64,000 bases of DNA from Macrostomum hystrix (GCA_950097015.1 CATNEN010000038.1:17546001-17610000), one strand, 5' to 3'; positions 12,704 through 26,500 are shown, counted from the stretch's first letter. The notes: generated by a model not told the origin, from the sequence alone. A program made the numbers and translations.

Positions 12704-13599
12704 GTTTAGCGAGGATAATTTAAAAGTTATAGGATCAAAATCAGAAGGCAACGAGGGTGACGCGGTTCGCAGCCTAAGCAATGGCTAAGCAATGGCTATT
12801 CATATTCGTTCTACTCGCGTCAATATTGATGCAGAGCATGGGCAGCTGCAGTGATTGGCTCTTTAACTCTCTGCCTATCTACACTCAGAATACTGCGGAG
12901 GGAAGAGAGGAGAGAACGGGAGATGAGGAAAATGAGGAGTCTAGAAGGGACGAGAGAAGGCAACTGGAGAAGTGGGGTTGGGAGGGTGAGCAAACACATT
13001 GAGTAGGCTGCACTTTTCCCTTAGTCCAGAGCACGCGGAGACTAGAAAGCGTATTATGGACTATCTCGTGTCCAATGGGAGGACAGATGCACACGGAGAG
13101 CAGAGAGAGAGAGAGGGGTGGCAGTTGGTTGGTATATTGTGCCAAAAATGGATCCAGCCCTATCTATATTAACGTGAGTACATCTGTTAAGAGCGGCTGC
13201 AACAAATGAAAATATTTCCCAGGCTAAACAGGGGGATGGGATGGAATGCTCTGGAGAGATTAAATTCAGATCAGGAGCAGATAGGCACACAGGAAGTGCT
13301 GCCAACAGAGACAGAGAGAGACAGAGGTCTCGGAGTCATCTTTCGCCCACTCTCTAGGCAATAAAACCGGTGCAAACTGTACCCTGTCCGATCCGCATCC
13401 TATTATATATCAGGTCTTGCCCAGTTGTCCCACCAATCGATAATTATTAATTTATTCTGTCGTCCGCCTCTCCTAGTGGATTAGGGAGGGGGGTTGGGCG
13501 ACTTTAATCCGGCCCGGTTGGAATGTAAAAACTGACGGGTGTGGACTGGGCAGATTAGGGGCATAAACTCCCTGAATGCAGCCGCATGCTGATGAGAGA

Positions 13600-13655
13600 T
13601 TTAGGGATCTTGGGATCTGGGTTCCGGATGACATGCACATTTCGGTGAATTGTGG
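13600..13655 (+). mobile_element. Possible LINE (CR1/L2-like) RT remnant
   Basis: Translates FRDLGIWVPDDMHISVNC, similar to the 'DLG(I/V)...HC' RT-thumb motif. Very short. Confidence 0.3.
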
Positions 13656-13779
13656 TGTAGATTGAGCTGAAGTATTTTATAATAACCTTAACTATCTGGC
13701 TTCCATTATTTGACCGTTCTTATTTATTTATTCGACCTGACAATTATCTTAGACTTGCTCCTTAGTATATGAATAGTCT

Positions 13780-14290
13780 GAGAAGATTCTAATAGATGTA
13801 CCCGAAGATTCTACTAGATGTACCCGAATATTCTACTAGATGTACCCGAAGATTCTACTAGATGTACCTGAATATTCTACTAGATGTACCCGAAGATTCT
13901 AATAGATGTACCTGAATATTCTACTAGATGTACCCGAAGATTCTACTAGATGTACCTGAATATTCTACTAGATGTACCCGAAGATTCTAATAGATGTACC
14001 TGAATATTCTACTAGATGTACCTGAAGATTCTAATAGATGTACCTGAAGATTCTAATAGATGTACCTGAAGATTCTTATAGATGTACCTGAAGATTCTAA
14101 TAGATGTACCTGAAGATTCTTCTAGATGTACCTGAAGATTCTACTAGATGTACATGAAGATTCTACTAGATTTACCTGCGGATTCCACTAGATTTACCTG
14201 CGGATTCCACTAGATTTACCTGCGGATTCCACTAGATTTACCTGCGGATTCCACTAGATTTACCTGTGGATTCCACTAGCTGTACCTCAG
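13780..14290. repeat. 22-bp minisatellite
   Basis: Unit gaagattctactagatgtaccc, drifting to gcggattccactagatttacct. Confidence 0.95.
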
Positions 14291-15774
14291 ACTTAAAGCA
14301 CTTTTTGACCAGCGGGTTCTTGAAAGCAACACGCAAGACTCATAATGGTCTCAAGCAAATAATAACATGTTTTCTGGGCGTTATTAATTACTACGCCAGG
14401 CAAAGGCCTGAAATAGTAATAACGATTCTGAAAAAAAGCAATGTTCAAATTATATATATTTGCATATAATATTTATATTTTATTGGTAATTATATAAAGC
14501 ATCAATTATCATGTATTTTCCATATACAGCTGAAATAGGGTCAGTTGAGTTTTAACAGGCAGCCTTGTATTCAAGGCTCAGTAATTAACTTTACACAGGG
14601 GAACACTCGAATACAAAATTGTGCCTACATGACATTTTTTAAATAAAAAACATAACTAATATTTGTGAAGTTGGAAAAAATTATTTTAACTACTTTTGTG
14701 TCCCTAAAATACAGAAAAAGATAGATTATTCATAAAGCAGTGGTAAAGAATGACAACTGAATTTGAAGTTGAACAAATATTTTTGGAAGATCATACACTT
14801 CTTTTATACTCCTGAAAAGATCGGAGTACCAGACAGATAAGAAACTAAAATTTTTACTAGCAAGATGGAAAACCAACTGACGCGCTGACCACACAACTTT
14901 TAATAGTGCGGCAGTAGCATGCACAGAGTGCACAATTAAAAAATAAACTAATTGAATAAAATCATCGTTATTTTACGTAGTAGCTGTTGTGCGAATAAAA
15001 TTTGAAAGGCTAAAATAAAATGATGGCCCAGAGCGTAATCACCATCCTACAGGGTAATGACACCAGCGATCTATTTTTAGCATCTCAACTGACACGCGAT
15101 GCCTACGTGATACTGCTGATAGTGCTGCTATTTTTAGCACATTAAGGTCAAATTGCACGCGATTCTCGCGTGATAACTTAAACCGTACTAAGTAGAATAA
15201 CATTGGAATAGCATTGGATTATTGATAAAAGAAGCAATTTTAACTATACTCTGAAAAACAACAATTTCGTTGAATTGATTAAGATTAAGGAAATCGGTAT
15301 ATATAAAATACTGTCTTTATAAGTCTATTAGTACGTATTAAACATTGGATTAAATAAATTCTTATATATAATAGTTATTACATGCAGTCATTAGTCAGTT
15401 TGAACACAATTAAATAGTGTTCGACTGCACGCAGAGGAAGGAACCAGATGTGTATTTACATAAAGGGAATCCACAATTTGATTTTTATAAGCAAGCAAAC
15501 TTCAGCAAAAGTATAAAAACACAAATAAAAAGCATTTTTCAAGTCGGCTAACAACTTAAAAATGAAAATCGTAGCAATTTCTTTTATCAGAGATAGGGTT
15601 TTTAGTATCTCAGAGACATCTTAACACATTATATACCTATATTTATAAGCAGATCTGTTGAATCAAACCCACCAGACTCAACTAGGATTTCGGAAAATTA
15701 ACAAAATTACTTACAAATTTAAAAAGACAAACGCCATTGTCTGAATAAAAAAAATTGTCTGACTAAAAATTTTA

Positions 15775-16448
15775 TTCAGGCTACCTTCAGGCCATCAGAC
15801 TGCTACCTTCAGGCCATCAGACTGCTACCTTCAGGCCATCAGACTGCTACCTTCAGGCCATCAGACTGCTACCTTCAGGCCATCAGATTTCTGCTACCCT
15901 TAGGCTATCAGACTGCTACCTTCAGGCCACCAGACTGCTACCTTCAGGCCACCAGATGCTACCTTCAGGCTATCAGACTGCTACCTTCAGGCCATCAGAC
16001 TGCTACCTTCAGGCCATCAGATTTCTGCTACCCTTAGGCTATCAGACTGCTACCTTCAGGCCACCAGACTGCTACCTTCAGGCCACCAGACTGCTACCTT
16101 CAGGCCATCAGACTACTGCTACCTTCAGGCCACCAGACTGCTACCTTCAGGCCACCAGCCTGCTACCTTCAGGCCATCAGACTACCGCTACCTTCAGGCC
16201 ATCAGACTACCGCTACCTTCAGGCCATCAGACTGCTGCTACCTTCAGGCCATCAGACTGCTGCTACCTTCAGGCCATCAGACTGCTGCTACCTTCAGGCC
16301 ATCAAACTACCGCTACCTTCAGGCCATCAGACTGCTGCTACCTTCAGGCCATCAGACTGCTGCTACCTTCAGGCCATCAGACTGCTGCTACCTTCAGGCC
16401 ATCAGACTGCTGCTACCTTTAGGCCATCAGACTGCTACCTTCAGGCCG
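15775..16448. repeat. 22/25-bp minisatellite
   Basis: Unit ctaccttcaggccatcagactg, with or without an extra ctg. Confidence 0.95.
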
Positions 16449-16587
16449 CTAAAACCGCTTACCTTCTGAGCCTCAGATGGTTGTTCTTATCAAGAGTCTA
16501 GGCTAAAACATGCAAATAAAAGAAAGGTACATGTAGAACACATAGAGTCAGCTATAGAGACGTTGATCAATACATAAACTTGAATCA

Positions 16588-17397
16588 TTAGTTCGCAGAG
16601 TGATCAGCCACACAAAACAGCCGCTGCAACAGTCCTGAAGACTTTTGTTGCTGCTGCTGCGACTGCTGCTTAGCAATGAGACGGCCTCCGCTTTGATCGC
16701 TAACTTTGGAACTCTTCGATTTTTTACCTCGCGATTTGCCAGACTTTCCGCCGGCCGCGGCGGACGCACCGCTGGCTAGAGCCTCTTGTACACTGGAGCC
16801 GGCCCAGATGGCGGTGTCAAACACCTCCTTGAGGCTCTTCTGTGTCAGCGCGCTGCACTCGATGTACTCAAGGGCACCGAGCTGTTTGCAGACCTTCTCG
16901 GCCTCCTCTCGACTAACCGGGGCGGCGTTTCTCAGCGACAAGTCTAACAGGATGGAGGCGTCGTCGCGTTGATCGGATTTCAAGCCGATCAACAATCTGG
17001 CAGCGTGCGGCGGGGCGTGCTCGTTTAACTCGGGCAGCCATTTGGCTCGGAGAGACTCAAGAGAGTCTGGTTGAGCAACAGCGAAGCAGAGCAAGAAAAC
17101 GTGCGCATCTGGATAGGCCAACGGCCGAATCTGTTCAAAGTGATCCAAGCCGGGGGTGTCGCACAGAGCCACCCGGCACCAACGATTGTCGACTCGCACA
17201 TCTATGGAATAGGTGTCATAGGTAGTTGGTGTGTAGGTGTTAGGAAAGCCGTTAGTTGTATAGCTGATTAGGCAGGCGGTTTTGCCGACAGAACTGTCGC
17301 CAACTGCTACGCATTTGATGAGGACAGGCGGCTGGGTTGGCGCGGCGCTGTTGTTAGCCACGGCAGCCGTATCGTACGAGTCGCTTGCAGTCTCCAT
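16588..17397 (-). CDS. RHOU: RhoU/RhoV (Wrch/Chp)-like small GTPase, intronless
   Basis: First ATG at 17397. KCVAVGDSSVGKT, SYTTNGF, YTPTTYD, LCDTPG, ECSALTQKSLKEVFDTAI, polybasic tail, and FCV near the C-terminus. Confidence 0.85.
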   Translation of the reverse strand: METASDSYDTAAVANNSAAPTQPPVLIKCVAVGDSSVGKTACLISYTTNGFPNTYTPTTYDTYSIDVRVDNRWCRVALCDTPGLDHFEQIRPLAYPDAHVFLLCFAVAQPDSLESLRAKWLPELNEHAPPHAARLLIGLKSDQRDDASILLDLSLRNAAPVSREEAEKVCKQLGALEYIECSALTQKSLKEVFDTAIWAGSSVQEALASGASAAAGGKSGKSRGKKSKSSKVSDQSGGRLIAKQQSQQQQQKSSGLLQRLFCVADHSAN

Positions 17398-17529
17398 CGA
17401 TGAAGCTAATAACAATGACCAGAGCTATGGCGAATAGTAGAGATCCGAGTGCAGTTTCTATGAATAGCTGAAAGTTATAATTGGAGACCTCATTTTGGGT
17501 GACTGTACTGTAGTTTGGCTAAAGTCATT

Positions 17530-17760
17530 AAGGGCCAACACATCGCCAAAGGCACAGTGAGAGTGTACACTGCCTGACAATGAGAAAGTCAGGGCAGATG
17601 TACACACCTGTGTGAGCGTGTGCCTGCGTACAGTATCTGTGCGCGTGTGTGCTCAGGAGTCAGCGAAGTGGGCAGAATTGCCTCCTCGCTGGCTGTGGGT
17701 CTAGTGTCACCAAATGACATACCATTGCCTGCAGCCCTCCAACAATTATTATTATAATTT
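17530..17760 (+). mobile_element. SINE family A, 5'-truncated
   Basis: Matches the 3' two-thirds of the family, including the ATT tail. Confidence 0.75.
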
Positions 17761-18629
17761 CTAATATTCTTATTATCATTAGGTGCATTTCTGAACCCTG
17801 ACTACAGCTAAGCTAGAAGCTTATAAAAAGGAACAAATCAAACTGGCTTTTAATTCCAATACAAAAAGGCAACAAGAAAACAAGTATTTATTGCTTACAA
17901 ATGGCAAATAAACAAAAAGTAAATAGGCGTACAAAAATGTTACACAAACAGTTAAATACAAAGACAAATTTTACCGGAGACAGTCAGTAAATAAGCAATG
18001 TTGTTTTTTGTTTTAAAATTATTTAGTAATGCAATGAAACAGGACTTAAAAAGCTATTAAAGTAGAATATGAGCTTACATGAGTTTTAAAGCATTGATAA
18101 ACTGATAAAGTTGATTTTGTTAAACAACTTCCGATGGAGTTAGAGCTGTTACGTCAGCGTGCATCGAAAAATTGTGAAAAAAATCTCCACACCACAAAAT
18201 GCTACTAGGGAAGTAGTATCAATTAGATAAAAAGCGCGAATTTGAAATCAAAATTTAAATCAATTTCAAAAAGTGAAACGTACAAATACGATAAGATAGT
18301 AAAGCATAAATAAGCCACTAATAGAAGCACGTCAGGCAAGAGTACAAAATAAGGCTAGCATGGTAACGAAATATTTGGATTATGCACTAGCTGCAAAAGT
18401 ACAAAATACTCGGAGTTTAAAGTTTATTTAAATATAAAAGTAGCAAAATGCACAAAAATGACAAAATTGTGCCGAAAAAATTCACAAATAGAATTTTCTC
18501 AATTGAGAATTATTATTTTTAGTAAACAAATGTTTTTGAACATAACGTGTACTTAATACGACACAAACTGTGTACCCTTCTCAGCCTGATAATCTACTTA
18601 ACCTTCCGTCACCATCAACCAAACTACCT

Positions 18630-18975
18630 AACCTGAATCTACCTACATACCTGACATGAATCTACCTACTTAACTACCCTGAATCTACCTACCTACCCTG
18701 AATCTACCTACATACCTGACATGAATCTACCTACTTAACTACCCTGAATCTACCTACCTACCCAGAATCTACCTACCTACCCTAAATCTACTTACCTACA
18801 CTAAATCTACCTACACACCTGAAATGAATCTACCTACATACCTGACATGAATCTACCTACATACCTGACATGAATCTACCTACATACCTGACATGAATCT
18901 ACCTACATACCTGACATGAATCTACCTACATACCTGACATGAATCTACCTACATACCTACATCGAACCTACCTAA
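18630..18975. repeat. ~23-bp minisatellite
   Basis: Unit catgaatctacctacatacctga. Confidence 0.9.
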
Positions 18976-18992
18976 CCACCAATAAACAAAAC

Positions 18993-21097
18993 TTATTTGG
19001 GAGGAAGGTGAAACTTTCTCAGGCAGTAACCGCCGCCGCGGCGACCATCTCTACTGCACGAAGCTTCGTCGCATACGTTACCATAGCAACCGCTGTCAGC
19101 AACGCCGCCGGAGGCACCTGCCCCAACGAATCCGCCTCCTTTATTGTCGGCATCGAACTCCAAGTTGGCAGAGGTTTCTGGCGGAGACTCAAACACCACA
19201 GAGATTTGATTACGCAACAGTCTCAGCTTGCCATTGCGGGTAGCTGTTGCCGGGCTGGCTGAGGCCTCCTGGACACTCGCGGACCTGAGTAACATCCTTC
19301 GCTGTCCCATGATGGCCATCTTCAATGTGGCCAAGCCGCCGCTAGTTGCCATCGAAAAAGATGGACGCTGATGCCTGACAATACCGGAACGCTTGGCTTT
19401 TGGACGATGAACAACTTTCCGGCAGACTGTGGAAGTTGCGGACGCAGTTGATGTCGCCGAACTAGCAGTAGCAGAGTGAGTAGTTTTGGTTGGCGTTAAT
19501 GGCATGGCTTGGATTGGGCGAAAGTGCTGATTTAATTCCGGCCCGATGCTGTCAACCGAATCGCAGCGCAGGTAAGACGCGGCTGCGGAGCAGCGAGCCT
19601 CGAGCATGGACTGGTCCGACTCCTGACGCTGCATTGGCGGCGCCGCTAGAGGTTCGGCTGCATCAGGGCCAATGTCCGCTGAAAATCAATACAAAATTAT
19701 GAGAATACTAATTCGATTCGGTGGGATATAATATTGGGATCTGGGAATCCGTGGAATGGATAATGAGGATTTAGTAGTCTGTGGAATGAACAGTGAAGAT
19801 CTGTGATTTTTTTCAATGGATTATGAGGATCTGGGTTTCTATTGGATGAAATATTAGGATCTGTGATTTTTTTGATTGAATTATGAGGATCCGGGATTTG
19901 TTGGATGGATTATGAGGATCTGGGATTTGTTGAATGGATTATGAGGATCTGGGATTTGTTGCATGGATTATGAGGATCTGGGATTTGTTGCATGGATTAT
20001 GAGGATCTGGGATTTGTTGCATGGATTATGAGGATCTGTGATTTGTTGAATGAATTATGAGGATCTGGGATTTGTTGCATGGATTATGAGGATCTGGGAT
20101 TTGTTGCATAGATTATGAGGATCTGGGATTTGTTGCATAGATTATGAGGATCTGGGATTTGTTGCATAGATTATGAGGATCTGGGATTTGTTGCATGGAT
20201 TATGAGGATCTGGGATTTGTTTGATGGATTATGAGGATCAGAGATTTGTTGGATGGATTATGACGATCTGGGATTTGTTTGATGGATTATGGGGATCTGG
20301 GATTTGTTGAATGAATTATGAGGATCTGGGATTTGTTGCATGAATTATGAGGATTTGGGATTTGTTGAATGAATTATGGGGATCCGGGATTTTGTGATAC
20401 AAAGTATAAATATTCGTTAGTTCCGATAACGATTCCCCTCAAATCTCAAAGCCTGACCATCAGCTAGAGCAATGTCCTCGGCCATAGTGCTTTCCGCAGC
20501 AGCGCTGCTGATATCGCTACTGCTAGTAGTAGCCTCGGCCAGTCGAAGTCGCCGAATAAGCGCCAGGGAGGCGGCCTCCTCGGCTGCCAGTTCAGCCCGA
20601 CGCTCGGCGTTGAAGACCTCCAGCGCGGCCTGGTACTCAGCCCGCAGCTCGCCAGGTCGGGCCAGCAGCCGTGGCGGTTCAGCATCGTCGTCATCGTTGG
20701 CGAGAGCTTCGGCGACAGAGGCGGGAGAGGCGTCGCCGGCCAGCAGTGCCGGATGCAGCCGCTGAATCCTGGACCATTTGTCGGTGTTCACCAGAAGCTC
20801 CGGATTGCGAGTTCGACGCATCCAGACGGACAGTCGCCGACGGCAGAGCGGGCAGGCCAGACTGCACCAGTCGCCTGAGCTGGCGCGCATCAGGCAGGCC
20901 AGGCACAGCTCGTGACTGCACGGCAGGAGCACGGGCTTCACCATCAGCGACAGGCAGACTGGGCAAGTGAAGTTTTCATCAACGGCAGTTGTTGTTGCGA
21001 CGACTGCTGCAGTCGGAGCGCCGTTGTCATCGTCTGACGCCGACGAAGAAGACGAAGACGACGAGGGAGATAGGCGTCTTCTGCGTCTGGTTTTCAT
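18993..21097 (-). CDS. RNF168: RNF168/RNF169-family RING E3 ubiquitin ligase
   Basis: Exons 21097-20458 and 19678-18993 (phase 1). C3HC4 RING CPVC...PCSHELCLAC...CPLCRRRLSVW, then LVN..W..IQ and RLLARPGELRAEY...AERRA...ASLALIRRL as in RNF168. Exon 2 has DSIGPELNQHFRPI. The 3' end is less certain. Confidence 0.8.
19800..20392. repeat. 29-bp intronic minisatellite
   Basis: Unit gaggatctgggatttgttgcatggattat. Confidence 0.95.
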
Positions 21098-21224
21098 GGC
21101 CAACAGCTGGAAATATTAGAAAAGAGAATATAATTAGCTCCAGAGTTTTTCTAAATGTTAATATGAAAGAATAGCGAATATGCCACACCAGAAAAATGAT
21201 CGGCCACGGAAGACAGATGATGCC

Positions 21225-21968
21225 CCACTCCACACAGAATCTGTCACACCCCACATAGAATCTGTCACACCCCACATAGAATCTGTCACACCCCACATAG
21301 AATCTGCCACACCCCACATAGAATCTGTCACACCCCACAAAGAATCTGTCACACCCCACACAGAATCTGTCACACCCCCACATAGAATGTGTCACACCCC
21401 ACATAGAATGTGTCACACCCCACACAGAATCTGTCACACCCCACATAGAATGTGTCACACCCCACACAGAATCTGTCACACCCCACAAAGAATCTGTCAC
21501 ACCCCCCACATAGAATCTGTCACACCCCACAAAGAATCTGTCACACCCCACAAAGAATCTGTCACACCCCCACATAGAATCTGTCACACCCCACAAAGAA
21601 TCTGTCACACCCCACACAGAATCTGTCACACCCCCACATAGAATCTGCCACACCCCACAAAGAATCTGTCACACCCCACACAGAATCTGTCACACCCCCA
21701 CATAGAATCTGTCACACCCCACAAAGAATCTGTCACACCCCACACAGAATCTGTCACACCCCACAAAGAATCTGTCACACCCCCACATAGAATCTGTCAC
21801 ACCCCACAAAGAATCTGTCACACCCCACACAGAATCTGTCACACCCCACAAAGAATCTGTCACACCCCACAAAGAATCTGTCACACCCCACACAGAATCT
21901 GTCACACCCCACATAGAATCTGTCACACCCCACAAAGAATCTGTCACACCCCACACAGAATCTGTCAC
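21225..21968. repeat. 21-bp minisatellite
   Basis: Unit agaatctgtcacaccccacat. Confidence 0.95.
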
Positions 21969-22969
21969 CTCAGAAAAAATGATCACATAAAATAAAAAAT
22001 AGCAGAACAAAATGGGATTTAGTAATTAAATAAAAAAAGAAACAAGAAAGTGCAACAACACTCATGAAGCTAGAAAGCTGAGAATCGTGAGAACAGACAA
22101 TGGACTGTACACAGAGCCCGGCAGAGACTACTTTATCTAGAAAGTCTGGCATATAGCCAAAAAAGGAGAGAGAGAGAAGAAATGTAAAGAAAAAATATCT
22201 CAAGAAACACCCATTATTATTTGCCTACTAGCCATTGTGTTACTCATTCGCAATATTATTGCCTGAACACTATTTTTAGCCCAAAGGAAACGGCATTGAA
22301 TATACTTAAGCTTAAATTACAGTTCTCTACTCTAAGAATCTTTATCGGCTTAATGAATTCTTAAAATAAAAAGCACATGCAAACACACTGTGTGTACTTC
22401 AACATATTCATTAGATACATAATTATATTATATAGGTAATTAGAGTTACGTTAGGAAAGCACTTTTATGCAAGATTGTTTTCAATCTGGACAAATGCAGG
22501 AATAATCACTTATCCGATTCTATAGACTAACAAAGACTAACTCGTGTATGCCTTATACTGTTACTATTATTAGAGGCGACACAGCAGATACAAAAAAATA
22601 CATTTGTACGCTTATATTTAACTTCACAACAACAAACGTAGATACTTGTCCAAAACTGTCAACATGAATTCATTACAGCCAAGCATCACTTGAAGGGAAT
22701 TCCATATCGATCCTGGGGAATACCAGACTGAATTAGTGATAATCTATAAACAAATCCTGGACAATATGATTGATCTAGGGAAATCTCACTCAAAGTAAAA
22801 ATTGGGGAAATCCATATTTATAAAAGGAACTCAAAAGGATAAATCCTGTAAAACACTGAACAGGAATTAGTAAAGGAAATTACCTGCCGATTTGAGGAAA
22901 CGCCAAGCGAAAAGGGGAATTCCTAGTCTAAATAATATTCTATAGAAAAAGAAAAATTATAATCGATAA

Positions 22970-23440
22970 AGGGAGTTACCAGCCGATCAATTGGAAATTC
23001 CGAGTGGAAAATGTATTTCCCAATCGATTTAAGGAAACTCCAACCGTAAAAGGGAATTCCCAATCTATGCAAGGAAATCCCAACCGTATAAGGGAATTCC
23101 CAGTCGAAGGAAACCCTAAACGTGAAAGGGAATTCCCGATCGATTCAAGGAAATCCCAACTGTAAAAGGGAATTACCAGTCGATGCAAGGAAATCCAAAC
23201 TGTAAAAAGGAATTTCCAGTCGATGAAAGGAAATACCAAACGGAAAGTGAATTCCCAATCGATGTAAGGAAACCCTAACTGTACAGGGAATTCCCAATCG
23301 AACTAATACTCTACTGAAAAAGGGAACTTCTAATCGACTTAAAAATCCGGATTAGGAAAACCCATATCGATAAAGGGGATTCTCCAATCGATATAGGGAA
23401 TTCTCCAATCGATATAGGGAATTCCCCAATCGATATAGGG
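22970..23440. repeat. Degenerate tandem repeat
   Basis: Recurrent aagggaattcccaatcgat / aggaaatcccaac motifs. Confidence 0.75.
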
Positions 23441-23517
23441 AACGCGGCATTGATTTGAGATTCAAACGCTGAGAGGCGGCAAATCTTAATCCTAATCATT
23501 TTAAATTAACACAAAAC

Positions 23518-26500
23518 TCATTGTCCATTAGCAGTGGCCGCGGCCTCTTGCTTGTATCGCTTATAATATCGGCAGATATCGTCGTGACCAGCATTGCTCA
23601 CAACCAGAATCATGCGAGAATCAACGCTGTGCAATAGAACACCGCAGTCGTTGGCGTAAGCTTTAACAGCTTGATAATCGCGTTTGCTAGCGAATTTCTC
23701 GTACATCACACTGTCCGTGTAACTGAACCTGTTTCGCTCGCGTTCCCACAATAGCAGCTGATCGCAGACAGTCGGTGGCAGGACTGTTGGCAGCTGACGC
23801 TGGCGAAGCTGAGGATGCGCGCTGGCCGTCATGAAGGCTAACAGCTGCCTGGCTGTGATGCCGTGCGACAGGGCATCGGCTACGCTCTGCCTGGTGATAT
23901 GGCCGCAGAATAGGTTGGGAAATCTGTACAGCGGCTGGGTGAACAGGGCCACTAGAGCCACCTGCAATGGTTGGAGATTGTTGCAAAATTAGGTACAAAA
24001 TCTCACCCCGTAAATTAACGAATATACAAAATCTCACCCCGCAAATTAACGAATATACAAAATCTCACCCCGCAAATTAACGAATATACAAAATCTCACC
24101 CCGCAAATCAACAAAGATACAAAATCTCACCCCGCAAATTAACGAATATACAAAATCTCACCCCGCAAATGGACGAATATACAAAATCTCACCCCGCAAA
24201 TAAACGAAAATAGTAAATCTCACCCCGCAAATCAACGAATATACAAAATCTCACCCCGTAAATGGACGAATATACAAAATCTCACCCCGCAAATGGACGA
24301 ATATAAAAATCTCACCCCGTAAATAAACAAAGATACAAAATCTCACCCCGCAAATAACCAAATATACAAAATCTCACCCCGCAAATGGACGAATATACAA
24401 AATCTCACCCCGCAAATAAACGAAAATAGTAAATCTCACCCCGCAAATTAACGAATATACAAAATCTCACCCCGTAAATGGACGAATATACAAAATCTCA
24501 CCCCGCAAATGGACGAATATACAAAATCTCACCCAGCAAATATACGAATATAAAAAATCTCACCCCGCAAATGGACGAATATACAAAATCTCACCTAGCA
24601 AATGAACGAATATACAAAATCTCACCCCTTAAATAAACAAAGATACAAAATCTTGTTCATTATTCTCGTTAATACATTATACTTGGACTAACATACAAAA
24701 AAACTTTTTAATTTACCTGTAGCGGAGAATTAGTAAACGCGTAGACCCGAAAATTAGTCTCCACAATCAGGTAGCCATTAGCAGAGTCGGCACTGCTAGC
24801 CGAGTCGCCCAAGGCCAATCGGCCAGAGATGGCCCTGGTGGCTAATCTAGTGGGGTAGAATCTAGCCGGGTTTCGCTTGCGCCAATAGACTAAGCCCAGT
24901 GCTCGGCAGTGGCGCAGGCAGGCCTGCTGACTCTGGCTGGTTAGGCAAGCGATCGGATAGCTGCGACCGAGGGTGGCCGAGCTCAGCTGGAATAGCAGGT
25001 TGATAGCCTCGGCGACATCTATGCCGGACATCTTGCCCGAGCCTTTGTGCACCGCGCGTAGATAATGGACTACAATTGTTTGCACCTGGTAAGAGGAGAG
25101 AGAAAGATGAATAATGCCCTTTATAAAAACTTCAGGCGCAAAATTTAGATGAAAAGCGGAAAATATAGGACAGGAAAGTGAAGGATAAGGAAGAGAAGGG
25201 AATTCCCTGAGAAAACTATGATTAAATTAGCGAGGGAAGGGAATTTCCCAGGAGAACGAATATTAGGGAGAGAAGGGTTTTTCCCAGGAGAACGAATATT
25301 AGGGAGAGAAGGGTTTTTCCCAGGAGAACGAATATTAGGGAGAGAAGGGAATTCCCCAGGAGAACGAAGATTAGGGAGAGAAGGGAATTCCCCATGAGAA
25401 CGAACATTAGGGAGAGAAGGGAACTCCCCATGAGAACGAATATTAGGTAGAGAAGGGAATTCCCCATGAGAACGAATATTAGGAAGAGAAGGGAAATCCC
25501 AAAGAGGACGAAAATTTTAGAGGCCTATAAGAACTAAAATGTGTGAAGCTCAGAGAAGAGAGTAAATGCTGCCTTAAGTTAGCATTGCTGAACAGACTCA
25601 CCTGAGTGGCCTGATCCAACAGTAAGAATCGGAAGCCACTCTCGCCAACAGTGAAGCCCGCGTTACCGCCGCCATCATCGTCGTCCTCCTCGTCATCGTC
25701 GCTGCCGTCAGCGCCGCCACGATGGCCGCCACCGCTGCCGCCGCCGGGCACGCAGAGGCCAGATTCAACAAGCAGCTGTTCAACAGCCCGATTGACTTTT
25801 CCGCCTTTGAGTTCACGCGAATCGACCATGAATTGCAGCAGAGAATCCCAGTGCTCCTTGGCGAACTGGTCCAATTGTTCAATACTGCGGCCTCTGTCAC
25901 CGCCCACGATCGTGTCGTTTGTGTCTCCGGCCGTATCGTACCAGGCCTTGCCGCCGCCTTGCAGACCACGGCGAAGGCTCTCCTGAATTGTGGGTTTAAT
26001 TCTAACCAACCTTAAATCACTGTTTAAAGATAAACTAAAATACAAAGAGAAAAGGTGAAGGATACACTAAAATACAGGGCAGACAGGTGAAAGACACACA
26101 AAAATACAGGGGAGGACAGGTGAAAGACACACAAAAATACAGGGGAGGACAGGTGAAAGACACACAAAAATACAGGGGAGGACAGGTGAAAGACACTAAA
26201 ATACTGGGAGGACAGGTGAAAGACACTAAAATACTGGGAGGACAGGTGAAAGACACTAAAATACAGGGGAGGACAGGTGAAAGACACTAAAATACAGGGG
26301 AGGACAGATGAAAGACACACAAAAATACAGGGGAGGACAGGTGAAAGACACTAAAATACAGGGGAGGACAGGTGAAAGACACACAAAAATACAGGGGAGG
26401 ACAGGTGAAAGACACTAAAATACAGGGGAGGACAGGTGAAAGACACTAAAATACAGGGGAGGACAGGTGAAAGACACTAAAATACAGGGGAGGACAGATG

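Noticed and set aside
8141-26320. Repetitive ORFs (8141-8692, 9960-10517, 15956-16501, 21027-22010, 26024-26320)
   Set aside because: These are translations of minisatellites lying in introns or intergenic DNA.
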